From the IMG/VR virus record IMGVR_UViG_3300008114_000040, positions 25,568-89,567 of that record: DNA of 64,000 bases; one strand, written 5' to 3'. Shown piece by piece: positions 22,058-31,083 of the stretch. The DNA is from a virus. The notes below the pieces were generated by a model, which searched no databases, was not told the DNA's origin, and worked only from the letters and a program-made list of their open reading frames with translations. Each line of letters starts with the position of its first letter. Position 1 is the first letter of the stretch. Both the position numbers and the translations under genes were made by a program.

Positions 22058-22340
22058 CTTGTTTTGTTTGTTCGTTTAATATTTTTAACATATCTTCGGT
22101 GATTTCAAATTTCTCGTCCTTTTTGATGTTATACCTATAGACCGTTTCCAACATTTCAAGTTTGTCCTTTGCGTTTGTCATCTTCTCAACAAACCTATCC
22201 ATTTCCTCCAAATGTTGTGGGTGTTCACCAATCCCAACTGAGTTATTGAAGTAAACCAATAATGTGGCTTCAGCTTCAGCCATTTCTGACCTATATTTCA
22301 AGGTCAGAGCTTCGTACATCTTTTGTGCTATCTTATTCAT
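22026..22340 (-). CDS. Hypothetical helical protein
   Basis: 104 aa; contains VGIGEHP; in the SSB-recA operon. Confidence 0.6.
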   Translation of the reverse strand: MNKIAQKMYEALTLKYRSEMAEAEATLLVYFNNSVGIGEHPQHLEEMDRFVEKMTNAKDKLEMLETVYRYNIKKDEKFEITEDMLKILNEQTKQDGNQEEGNQF

Positions 22341-22352
22341 GGCTAACTATTT

Positions 22353-23204
22353 TTAGAAAGGTAAGTCCTCAGAGGGTTCATCATTTGCTTGTGGGTCAAC
22401 AACCACCACTTCTTCTTCTTTTTGTGCACCACCCAATGAGATTTCGGCTTCTTCACCATAAACATATTTTTTAAGTTCAGAGTTCCAAATTGGCGTTTCA
22501 CCAACCGCTACCGCTTCCAAATATTCAACTGGTTTTTTGGAGTATACATCATTCCAAGTTAACTCATCTTGTAACCAACCTTCTTTGATTTCTTTATCTT
22601 CGTGAAGTGGTGATGGGTCATCGTACATAATTGTTTGAATAACCGTGTACTCTTTTCCTTGTGGTGTTTTTGCTTTGATTAATTCAATGATGAGGTCTCT
22701 ACCTTTTTCTGAATCGGTTACGTCACCTTTGGCTTTCCAAATTGGAAGGATTTTGTCAAGTACACCTTCTTGTTTGTAATTGTGTTTGAATCTCCAAAAT
22801 TTAACGCCATCTTGTTCATTGTCTCTGTCAATAACTTTAACAATGTAAAATAAACGTGCTCTGTATTGTGATGCCAAATCTTTATCCTCTTTTTTTCCGG
22901 TTTGAATAAGTTCATTGTAAACTTCCGTTAAAGGCGATCTTTCGTTGTCATTTTTGTCTGGGTCATACAACTTAACCCATTGCCCATTAACTTGAATCTC
23001 GTGATACCAAACCTCAACGAATGGCGATGAACCATCTTTTGTTGGTAAAATTCTAATTCTTTTTTGGGCTGATTTTTCATTCTTCTGAAGGATTGCTGAA
23101 AAATACTTTTTCATTCTGTCCTCTTGTGAAATGTTTTGTCTTTGTGAACTCGGTTGTGAGTTCTTTTCGTACTGTGCCAGTACCGCATCAATTGAGTTTG
23201 CCAT
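22353..23204 (-). CDS. Single-stranded DNA-binding protein (T4 gp32-like)
   Basis: IRILP...PFVEVWYH, YIVKVIDRD, GRDL, acidic tail ending EDLPF. Confidence 0.82.
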   Translation of the reverse strand: MANSIDAVLAQYEKNSQPSSQRQNISQEDRMKKYFSAILQKNEKSAQKRIRILPTKDGSSPFVEVWYHEIQVNGQWVKLYDPDKNDNERSPLTEVYNELIQTGKKEDKDLASQYRARLFYIVKVIDRDNEQDGVKFWRFKHNYKQEGVLDKILPIWKAKGDVTDSEKGRDLIIELIKAKTPQGKEYTVIQTIMYDDPSPLHEDKEIKEGWLQDELTWNDVYSKKPVEYLEAVAVGETPIWNSELKKYVYGEEAEISLGGAQKEEEVVVVDPQANDEPSEDLPF

Positions 23205-23244
23205 AGATTTTTGTTTTAAATTTTTATCTCTTTTATCTATAACA

Positions 23245-23272
23245 AGTATAAGTGATTTTTTGGTATTGTCAA
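23245..23272 (-). promoter_or_regulatory. Sigma70-like early promoter upstream of SSB
   Basis: TTGACA-N16-TATACT on the minus strand, 40 nt before the ATG. Confidence 0.65.
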
Positions 23273-23275
23273 ATG

Positions 23276-23302
23276 AAAAAGGGAACCTTGTGAGTTCCCT
23301 TT
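23276..23302 (-). terminator. Rho-independent terminator
   Basis: GGGAAC/GTTCCC stem flanked by A/T tracts, just past the stop of 23320..23967. Confidence 0.7.
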
Positions 23303-23319
23303 CTTTAATTATTCTTTAA

Positions 23320-23967
23320 TTATTCTTCTTCAGTCTCGTCGTAAATATTAAAGGTTTTTTTAACTTCATTTGGTGAAAAATTCTCAACCTCATCAGATGT
23401 TAAAACATATTCATTCTTTCCTGACTTTTCCATTTCAACTTGTTTGTCGTCAAAAAAATCTGTTAATTTTTGATTGTATGGATACGAATCAAGAGATCTC
23501 AACATTAATTTTTCTTCTGGCGTTTTGTCTCTGTATTTATCAAACTTTGACTCAAGGTTTTGAATTCTGTTTAATATTTCATCCATTCCTTCCAGTTTTG
23601 ATTGTAAATCGTCTAACCTTCTGAACATACTATCCATAAACGCCTCTTGTTTATCTTTAATATCCATTTGGGTTGTAACCAAATCTGTAATATCAATTTC
23701 TTCTTCACCGCCTTCTGGTGTTGTTTCCTCGGCTCCGATTTCTTCAACATCCGGATCTGTTGCCACATCAACTGGCTCTGGAACTTCAGTTCCCGTTGGT
23801 GGTGTTTCTCCTGGTGTTGGTGGTGGTGTGTCGGTTGCTGGTGGTGTATCCGCTAAACCAGGTTCTGGTACTGGTGGTAAAGCCGGTGGTTCTTGTTCAT
23901 TTAATACATATGTATTAATCTGATTGAACCTTTTTAATTCCTCCAATATTTTTCTATCTAAACTCAT
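23320..23967 (-). CDS. Acidic, Pro-rich coiled-coil protein; possible head/scaffold-related protein
   Basis: Leader ILEELKRF...VLNEQ, Pro/Thr low-complexity segment, then coiled coil. Confidence 0.5.
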   Translation of the reverse strand: MSLDRKILEELKRFNQINTYVLNEQEPPALPPVPEPGLADTPPATDTPPPTPGETPPTGTEVPEPVDVATDPDVEEIGAEETTPEGGEEEIDITDLVTTQMDIKDKQEAFMDSMFRRLDDLQSKLEGMDEILNRIQNLESKFDKYRDKTPEEKLMLRSLDSYPYNQKLTDFFDDKQVEMEKSGKNEYVLTSDEVENFSPNEVKKTFNIYDETEEE

Positions 23968-23979
23968 TTTTAATTTTTA

Positions 23980-24207
23980 TTAACCGTTTAATAGTGTTTT
24001 AACACCAGCTGGAGTCTCAACTCTTAATGTTCTGTTTGTTTGCATTGTGTTGTCCACTCTTTCAATCAAACCATCTTTCATTCTAATTACATAACAATCA
24101 CCGGTATCCAAGTCACATACTTGTTTGTGATTGTCGTCTATTTGTTTTTCAGATACTCTTGTATCCTTTCTCAAATAATTATCCAATAACATTTTAATAT
24201 TACTCAT
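23980..24207 (-). CDS. Small hypothetical protein
   Basis: 75 aa with CDLDTGDC; preceded by TATTTAT. Confidence 0.55.
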   Translation of the reverse strand: MSNIKMLLDNYLRKDTRVSEKQIDDNHKQVCDLDTGDCYVIRMKDGLIERVDNTMQTNRTLRVETPAGVKTLLNG

Positions 24208-24233
24208 AACGTTTTTTCTATATAAATATATCG

Positions 24234-27200
24234 TTAATTGAAAAACTTCTTAAACGCGGTCTCGTATTTTTTCATATATGATAAATAAGCGTCATAAATG
24301 TTTTTATTTTGTGGTTTTATTTTTTCATCGTACCTTTGTTTGAACTCAATATACTGTTTAGGTAATGTTGTGTAAAAACCGGTACCTCCACCATCTTTTA
24401 TATACCACGTCTGATCCCAGAACAACGTAAATACTGTATATGCTTGAGCATATTTTTTGGCTTGTGTTAACTCAGTACTATTATTCACCCATGTATTAAT
24501 ATAATCAACGTATTGTTGTGTAACGCCAGCGTAGAAGTCTAAGGAATCTTGATAACTATTAAAATTAAAATACGGGTACGGTGTTGTAATAATAGTTGTA
24601 GTCGCACAAACCTTTCCAGTCACTAGTTGTAATATAGAGTCTGTATAATCATTAAATGCTCCACTACCATATAAATTGTAATTAAATGATGTTATGACAT
24701 TCTTATCAATTGAATTAAGTGGTTGTGTTTTAACAATACCATAGTATAACGGTTTTAAAACAGCATCTATTGATGAATTTGAAACTAATTCAAATAATTC
24801 ATTTTCAGTTATTTGTGTGGTTTTTAGGTCAACATATGGTAACGTATTGTATTTTTCAAGTTCAAATTTTTGACACTCTGGTTCACTACCTTTAATGGCT
24901 CCAGGAGTTTTTGGTGAAATAGTTTCAGATAAATTTGTTACTACTGGTGTTTCCGATGTTTTAAGGGTTTGTATTATCAAATCTTTATAATACTTAACAT
25001 AATTTTTTTCTACAGCTTCAAGTAAACTATTAGGTTTAGGTAAAGTATATAGTGGCATCCTAACCCCTTTAAATTGTGTATCAAATTTACCAGGACTAAT
25101 ACTATGATTGACTTCCATAATCCAATACGGACCATAAAATAATGGGACGTGTCTTAAATTAAAATACATCGTAGGTTGGATCATAGCATCACCCATACAA
25201 TCAATTGTACAGGTATATGATCTAGTTTTATAAATACTATATAATGATACCGTTTGTTGAGCCACTTTGTTACCAGAAGCAGATTCACCAAGTTGTGTTA
25301 TTAATTTGTTAGACTCTGCCGTATTTTTTTTCTCTGACATATCAAGTTGGACACTTTTGAATATACTTTGGTTTTGGGTTCCGTAATCAACTGAAAAACC
25401 AACAACTCTATTGACTTTGGAAAAATCGGTCTCAGGCCCATACGATGTACTTATAGGGTTGTCATATTTTCTCAAGTCAAACGCATCATCCCTAAATTTA
25501 ACGAACTTCGCTTCACTTGCGACATGTTCCGATGGTTTACCAACATATACACATAAAAACTTAGGTCGTGAGTCCATATAATCCACATCTAAATAGGTTC
25601 CGAACATTGAATTTGGTATTTCAACAGGTATCGGAGTATTTTGTCTCACCGCTTCTTGAATCCCATAAAAATTAACGTATGCTGGCATAGCAAAAAATAT
25701 GAAATTATTTTTTTCTAGTATTTTACTAACAAGGTCTAAGTAATTTTTATTTGGGTCTGTTAAAAAACTTTCTAAATCACTTACTGATATTGTAAACTGA
25801 TCACCAATATCCCTATTTGCTCTATCAAAAAATAAGAAATCTTCAAAAATCGTTTTGTTTTTAAAATCACTTCCGGCAATCCACTTATCGTTCATTGTCT
25901 TTAATGTCGTATAATATTCCAACTTAACAACGTTCCCAGATGTGGTACTATTAACCACATTTGTTTTAACCTTAACTTCTTCTAAATTTTTATTTAAAAA
26001 AGATATTATTTCATTTAACACATAACTATTAAAAGTATTTTGTTCAACAACAAAACTATTAATTAATTGAATAAATTTAATTTTGTTAAAGGTACTATCT
26101 TTTAATTTTTCTTTTGCATATAATCTTATAAGTGGGTATAATGTTTCAATACTTGAAACACTAAACTCTATGTCGTTGTCAATAAAAAATGAAGTTATTG
26201 CCGAACCATTATTTGTGTATTTTATCCCTGTTTGATCAAAATCACCTATGTATTTTTTAAGTGTTTTCCATTCTAAACCATTTGCAGCTTGACTCAATAA
26301 TAAAGCATTAGGACCTGTCAAAACACCGTCACCTGGTAAGGTTCCACTAATATATTTTGGTAATGGAGAAAAACTAATAGGTTTAAAATTTGGATTACTA
26401 CTAAAATAGTTAAAGGTTTTTCTATTGAAGTTTCCTGGATTTCCCATTTTCAAAACACAATCAAAATTTAAAAGTTCAACAACTTTAGCCATAAAATTTT
26501 TGGTTTGTGCTTCGGCTAATAATTTTCCATCCAAAATTTCTTGGTTTGTTAATGTGACTGAATTTTTTGGTAATAAATAAAGAGATTCTATTTGGTACAA
26601 TAATTTTTTCTGCCCAACATTTTTTACTTTACCCGGTGTATCTGTTGTTGCTTGTGTTTGTTCCCCAAACAAAACCATATCAGATATCACATCTTTTGGG
26701 TTACAAAAATTTAAAAACAACTTTTCAAACTCATCCAATATTTTTGGTTCAAACACCGCAAAAATTTCATCAATTTTTGAATAAGTGGATTGACTATCTT
26801 TAAGTTCAAACGGTGTTTGTGGTGTATTATCGGTATAAATAGTTTTTAAATATTCATTATAATTCGGTTTTTTTATCAAACTATTATCAAAATAACCAAA
26901 GTTTGAAACACCCCACAATGACCTTACCGACCCATTATACAGTGCATTATTATTAAATACTTCTTTTGTGATTTTATCCAAATCATTAAAACACTCGTAT
27001 TCCGCTTGGTTAATATTTAAACCACCCATACTAGGTACCAAAAGATAATTGTCAGTATCGCCATTTGGTGTTTTAAAAAATTGATAATAATTTTTAATTG
27101 TAAGTTGTCTTATTGGATCTGTTAAATCAAACCCAGGTAAAAAAGTTCTTGTGTAACTGTTTGAGACAACTAAACCATTTTCTACACTTTCATTCTGAAA

Positions 27201-30200
27201 ATTCGTTACGGATGGGTTTTGTAATATGTCAAGGTCTGTTTTGTAAAAACACCTAAAAACATCATTAATCACTTTTGGATAAAACCCCATTGTAATAATA
27301 TCATTTGTATTTGTCGTGTTTGGTACTAAAGTTGATGATTGTAATACGATGTTACCCACCCAATTTCCTGAATAACTGGTAGTTATGTTATTTGTAATTG
27401 GATCGTAGTTTGTTGTATAGTCAAAGTCTTTCCAGATATCATCTAAAATGTCAATCCCTTCATCAATATATTTTTTATATCTGTGCCAAATTGAACCATA
27501 TTTTAAAACCCAAACATATGGTAATTGATGGATAGATGAGAATTTATTGAAGGTTGCTGCTAAATAATCCAAATCGGTGGGTTCCAAACCATTTTCGGTT
27601 TTTTTAATCTTTTCTTTTGTTGTGATAAGTGGTAATGAATTAAGATATAAATAACCTAAACTAACGTAAGGGTTTTGATTATTTGTTTTTTCTAGTTCAA
27701 CACCTTTTTGTAGTGCATTAATAAAATATGGTGTATTTAATAACGACGTTGTTTGAATACTTGTTACATTCCCAGAATAAGAAGGACCATAATTTACAAA
27801 TGATTCTGTAAAATACTGATCTTTTTGTGTTCTCGTTGTAAAAAAACTTTTTAATGAAAAACGAGAAGTAACAGGTAAATTAGTTGTTTGATCCGCAATA
27901 TATGATTGATTGTAATTTGTGAAACCAAATTTATTCACAAATAAATTAATATTATTTAATGTTTCAGTTTGATTAAGTCTAGCGATTGTTTTTTTATCAT
28001 TTAAATATGAAAATGTTTGTGTTTTGTAAAAATCTTGTGTACTTAAAAAACTATCACCCTTTTCTAAATTATTTTTTAACCAGTTAAGATTATTAAATGG
28101 GTAAGGATCTAGAACATATTGTTGTTCTGTACTAGTACTATTTAAATAAGTTTTAAATTTATCAATCAATTGGATGTTACCACCAACTGAGAGTGACACA
28201 CCATTTAGGGTATCAATACTATAAATTTTATTGTACTCGTTAAAATAATTTTTAATATAACCCGTATTATATTCTGAGTTAGTATAATTTGTCCAGAATT
28301 CACCTGTACCTTCTGTTGATATTTTTTTCAAGTATTCCAAATACTGATTGTATGTTGGTTTGAAATTTTTTAATATATTTGTCAAAGTATAACTTGGTGA
28401 ATTAGTTAAACTATTTTTAATGTTTTCAGCATCAATATCCGCTAAGATTTTATCAATTTGACTTTCTTTATATTTTCCTCTTTCAATGTTTGAGTAGTGT
28501 GTAGCCAAATATGTTCTTTCAAAAATTTCATACAAAAAGTTCACTTCAGTTTTATTCAAAAATGGTGTGTCGTTGAATGGAAATTCAATTGGGTTTACTG
28601 ACATCAACTCAGTATTACTTTGCGGGTTGTTTGTACTTTGTGGTACAGTAGGTGGGCTTTTTTGAAGTGAAGCGTTAATGAATTCCTCAGTAAAGGCTAT
28701 TTCTGGCCATATTGTATTATTGTAACCTTGTGTTACACTTAATGAATTGGCATCACCCGGATATTTAATTGTGTATAATTCAGTACCATCTTGTTGTCTT
28801 TCTTTCTCAAAATATTGTGGCCATGGATAAACCGTATTTTCGTTGTTTAACTGGAAACTCCCGTTAACCACACCCAATGAGTCAACACCTACGTTTTGTT
28901 TTTGTGGCGGTAATATTGAATTTAATCTTGTTGGGTTTTTTCTTTGGTTCCAAGCATTTGTATGTACATCTTCCATCATCCTATAAAAACCATCAAGTCC
29001 GGCAAATAAAACGGCAAATACATTTCTAATTGTTGGTTGAAACCCTAAACCACCGTCACTGTCAACTATCATTTCGGACAACGCGGTAGTTAGTGCTTGT
29101 TCTATACTGTTTCTTTTTGTAGTTAAGTCTGAGTTCATTTTTTGAACTAAGTCTAAAAACGAATCGGTTTTAAAACTGTTAACAACATTTGGTATTTCAC
29201 CAAAAGTGTAATATATAGGTAGTGTTTGTTCTATTTCTTTTTTTGAATTAATGATTGTTTGTGTCGTAACATTAAAACTCTTAAATTCCAAAATAAATTT
29301 TTGAAGTTCCTCATCACTTGGGGTTCTACCAAAATTTATTTCGTATGTTGTTTTAAAATCATCATTTGAAATTACGTTATAGTCAATTTCTTTTAACAAA
29401 TCATCAAATTTAACTTTTACGTCAATTTTACCAGACTGTGTGTTTTGTTTGTTTTTAGAATTTTCATTTTTTGTGGAACTTGGTAATATGTACGTACCAC
29501 TTTCACCAAAACTTGGGTTTTGTTTTAATTTTTGTACTAATTCATCAAATTTACTTTTAGTCCTATTTCTAGCTTCTTCTTTTTTTGTATCTTCCAAATC
29601 ATTTGAATATGGGTAATAAATTACACCGTCATACACTAACCTTCTTCCCGTGTCCAAAAAATCATTTATTGAATTTACATAAATTGATTGTCTCAAGTCA
29701 TTCAAAGTTGTTTGATACGTATTAATATCATTTATTACGTTAAAATCACCCTGTTTGATTTTATCTTGAATGGATTGTTCGTACTTATTTACCCTATAAA
29801 TAAACTCCTCCATTGTAATTTCAGGAAAGGTTTTATCTATTAATTTTTTTTCTTTATATACCGAATAAACTTCTCTTAATTTTTGAAGTCCAACAGTATC
29901 ATTTTCAATTGATAGTTGTGTTTTATTATTACCAGTCTGTGTTGAAGATGATGTATTACCTTGTTTTTGGACTTGAGTTGTAAACATTTTTGGGGAATGT
30001 TTAGCGAATGATAAAATACTATCGGCAAGTATCGCACTATTTCTACCCATTAATTTTAATGTAATATCAAAATTACCGGTTCCTGGGTCAAACTTAGCAT
30101 TAAATGAAAGAAGTGTTAATTGATATCTTATAGCTTTACCGTAATAACCTTTTAGTGTTAAATAAAACGTTGGGTATGGTAAGTTAAAAAAAACTGAATA

Positions 30201-30776
30201 AATTGAGTTGTCACCTTGTTCAAACAAAGCACGACCTCTAACGTCAGTCAATAACATATCAACTGTTGGTACACCAATTGATGAAATTTTTACTGTAATA
30301 TTTTTAATCCCTAGGTTTTGGGTATCTTCATAATTTAAAACTTTAGTTTTCGTTTTACTAATACCATTTTCAACTACTGAATATTGTTGATTTTGATTGG
30401 TTCCTTGTCCTTGTCTTGAACCTCTCCCTGTAAAATCATCGGACCAACTGGTATCAAAATAATTTTTTCCTTTTGGTTTTAAAAAATTAATATTCAAATC
30501 CTCATCGTTTGATGATAGAGAGGCGATTGAAGTATTATTAACCGGTGTATCAAAACTATCACCTACTGCTAATTTAGTTCTTGGGATTATTTTGGTTTCA
30601 AGGTTTGCATACATAACAAGATTTTCTTGCTGGACAAACCTATCTTCAATAGTACCACCACCATTTACTACTTTATTTGGGTCAATTAGTATAATATTTT
30701 CATAGTCCGCTTCAACATACAAACGGTTCTCTAAATTATATATCTGTCTAAATTTTGTTGGATCATTAACGGCCAT
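24234..30776 (-). CDS. Very large baseplate hub / tail-tip protein (gp27/gpD-like ends around a large insertion)
   Basis: 2180 aa; N-terminal GIKNITVK...PTVDMLLTDVRG; near C-terminus CTIDCMGDAMIQPTMYF...GPYWIMEVNHSISPGKFDTQFKGVR, typical of hub proteins; follows the LysM/gpX gene. Confidence 0.65.
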   Translation of the reverse strand: MAVNDPTKFRQIYNLENRLYVEADYENIILIDPNKVVNGGGTIEDRFVQQENLVMYANLETKIIPRTKLAVGDSFDTPVNNTSIASLSSNDEDLNINFLKPKGKNYFDTSWSDDFTGRGSRQGQGTNQNQQYSVVENGISKTKTKVLNYEDTQNLGIKNITVKISSIGVPTVDMLLTDVRGRALFEQGDNSIYSVFFNLPYPTFYLTLKGYYGKAIRYQLTLLSFNAKFDPGTGNFDITLKLMGRNSAILADSILSFAKHSPKMFTTQVQKQGNTSSSTQTGNNKTQLSIENDTVGLQKLREVYSVYKEKKLIDKTFPEITMEEFIYRVNKYEQSIQDKIKQGDFNVINDINTYQTTLNDLRQSIYVNSINDFLDTGRRLVYDGVIYYPYSNDLEDTKKEEARNRTKSKFDELVQKLKQNPSFGESGTYILPSSTKNENSKNKQNTQSGKIDVKVKFDDLLKEIDYNVISNDDFKTTYEINFGRTPSDEELQKFILEFKSFNVTTQTIINSKKEIEQTLPIYYTFGEIPNVVNSFKTDSFLDLVQKMNSDLTTKRNSIEQALTTALSEMIVDSDGGLGFQPTIRNVFAVLFAGLDGFYRMMEDVHTNAWNQRKNPTRLNSILPPQKQNVGVDSLGVVNGSFQLNNENTVYPWPQYFEKERQQDGTELYTIKYPGDANSLSVTQGYNNTIWPEIAFTEEFINASLQKSPPTVPQSTNNPQSNTELMSVNPIEFPFNDTPFLNKTEVNFLYEIFERTYLATHYSNIERGKYKESQIDKILADIDAENIKNSLTNSPSYTLTNILKNFKPTYNQYLEYLKKISTEGTGEFWTNYTNSEYNTGYIKNYFNEYNKIYSIDTLNGVSLSVGGNIQLIDKFKTYLNSTSTEQQYVLDPYPFNNLNWLKNNLEKGDSFLSTQDFYKTQTFSYLNDKKTIARLNQTETLNNINLFVNKFGFTNYNQSYIADQTTNLPVTSRFSLKSFFTTRTQKDQYFTESFVNYGPSYSGNVTSIQTTSLLNTPYFINALQKGVELEKTNNQNPYVSLGYLYLNSLPLITTKEKIKKTENGLEPTDLDYLAATFNKFSSIHQLPYVWVLKYGSIWHRYKKYIDEGIDILDDIWKDFDYTTNYDPITNNITTSYSGNWVGNIVLQSSTLVPNTTNTNDIITMGFYPKVINDVFRCFYKTDLDILQNPSVTNFQNESVENGLVVSNSYTRTFLPGFDLTDPIRQLTIKNYYQFFKTPNGDTDNYLLVPSMGGLNINQAEYECFNDLDKITKEVFNNNALYNGSVRSLWGVSNFGYFDNSLIKKPNYNEYLKTIYTDNTPQTPFELKDSQSTYSKIDEIFAVFEPKILDEFEKLFLNFCNPKDVISDMVLFGEQTQATTDTPGKVKNVGQKKLLYQIESLYLLPKNSVTLTNQEILDGKLLAEAQTKNFMAKVVELLNFDCVLKMGNPGNFNRKTFNYFSSNPNFKPISFSPLPKYISGTLPGDGVLTGPNALLLSQAANGLEWKTLKKYIGDFDQTGIKYTNNGSAITSFFIDNDIEFSVSSIETLYPLIRLYAKEKLKDSTFNKIKFIQLINSFVVEQNTFNSYVLNEIISFLNKNLEEVKVKTNVVNSTTSGNVVKLEYYTTLKTMNDKWIAGSDFKNKTIFEDFLFFDRANRDIGDQFTISVSDLESFLTDPNKNYLDLVSKILEKNNFIFFAMPAYVNFYGIQEAVRQNTPIPVEIPNSMFGTYLDVDYMDSRPKFLCVYVGKPSEHVASEAKFVKFRDDAFDLRKYDNPISTSYGPETDFSKVNRVVGFSVDYGTQNQSIFKSVQLDMSEKKNTAESNKLITQLGESASGNKVAQQTVSLYSIYKTRSYTCTIDCMGDAMIQPTMYFNLRHVPLFYGPYWIMEVNHSISPGKFDTQFKGVRMPLYTLPKPNSLLEAVEKNYVKYYKDLIIQTLKTSETPVVTNLSETISPKTPGAIKGSEPECQKFELEKYNTLPYVDLKTTQITENELFELVSNSSIDAVLKPLYYGIVKTQPLNSIDKNVITSFNYNLYGSGAFNDYTDSILQLVTGKVCATTTIITTPYPYFNFNSYQDSLDFYAGVTQQYVDYINTWVNNSTELTQAKKYAQAYTVFTLFWDQTWYIKDGGGTGFYTTLPKQYIEFKQRYDEKIKPQNKNIYDAYLSYMKKYETAFKKFFN

Positions 30777-31083
30777 AATAAAAAATATGATTATCTAGTG
30801 CACTTTTGTAGTCTTTCAATGCCGTTATTAAAGGGAATGGTATAATTAAAATGGATCCATCAGGTATTTCAGATTCCAATCCACCATAAATCGGGTTAGC
30901 GATTTGTATTAACCAACCGAAATAAGGTGTGTTATATTTCTCAAAACTTATTTTATCCAATCGTGATTTGTTTTTAATGTATACATATCTCTGATCTGTA
31001 GTCCTACTACCAATACTTACGTATGGAACGACCGTTTGTTGACCATTTATTAAAAAGTTTTGATATCTATCGTAGTATTGCAT
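30766..31083 (-). CDS. Baseplate LysM / tail protein X (gp53/gpX-like)
   Basis: RLDKISFEKYNTPYFGWLIQIANP...IPDGSILIIP. Confidence 0.75.
   Translation of the reverse strand: MQYYDRYQNFLINGQQTVVPYVSIGSRTTDQRYVYIKNKSRLDKISFEKYNTPYFGWLIQIANPIYGGLESEIPDGSILIIPFPLITALKDYKSALDNHIFYYGR

Noticed and set aside
23790-23890. GGT-rich short repeats
   Set aside because: They simply encode the Pro/Thr linker (TPPATDTPPPTP) of the overlying ORF
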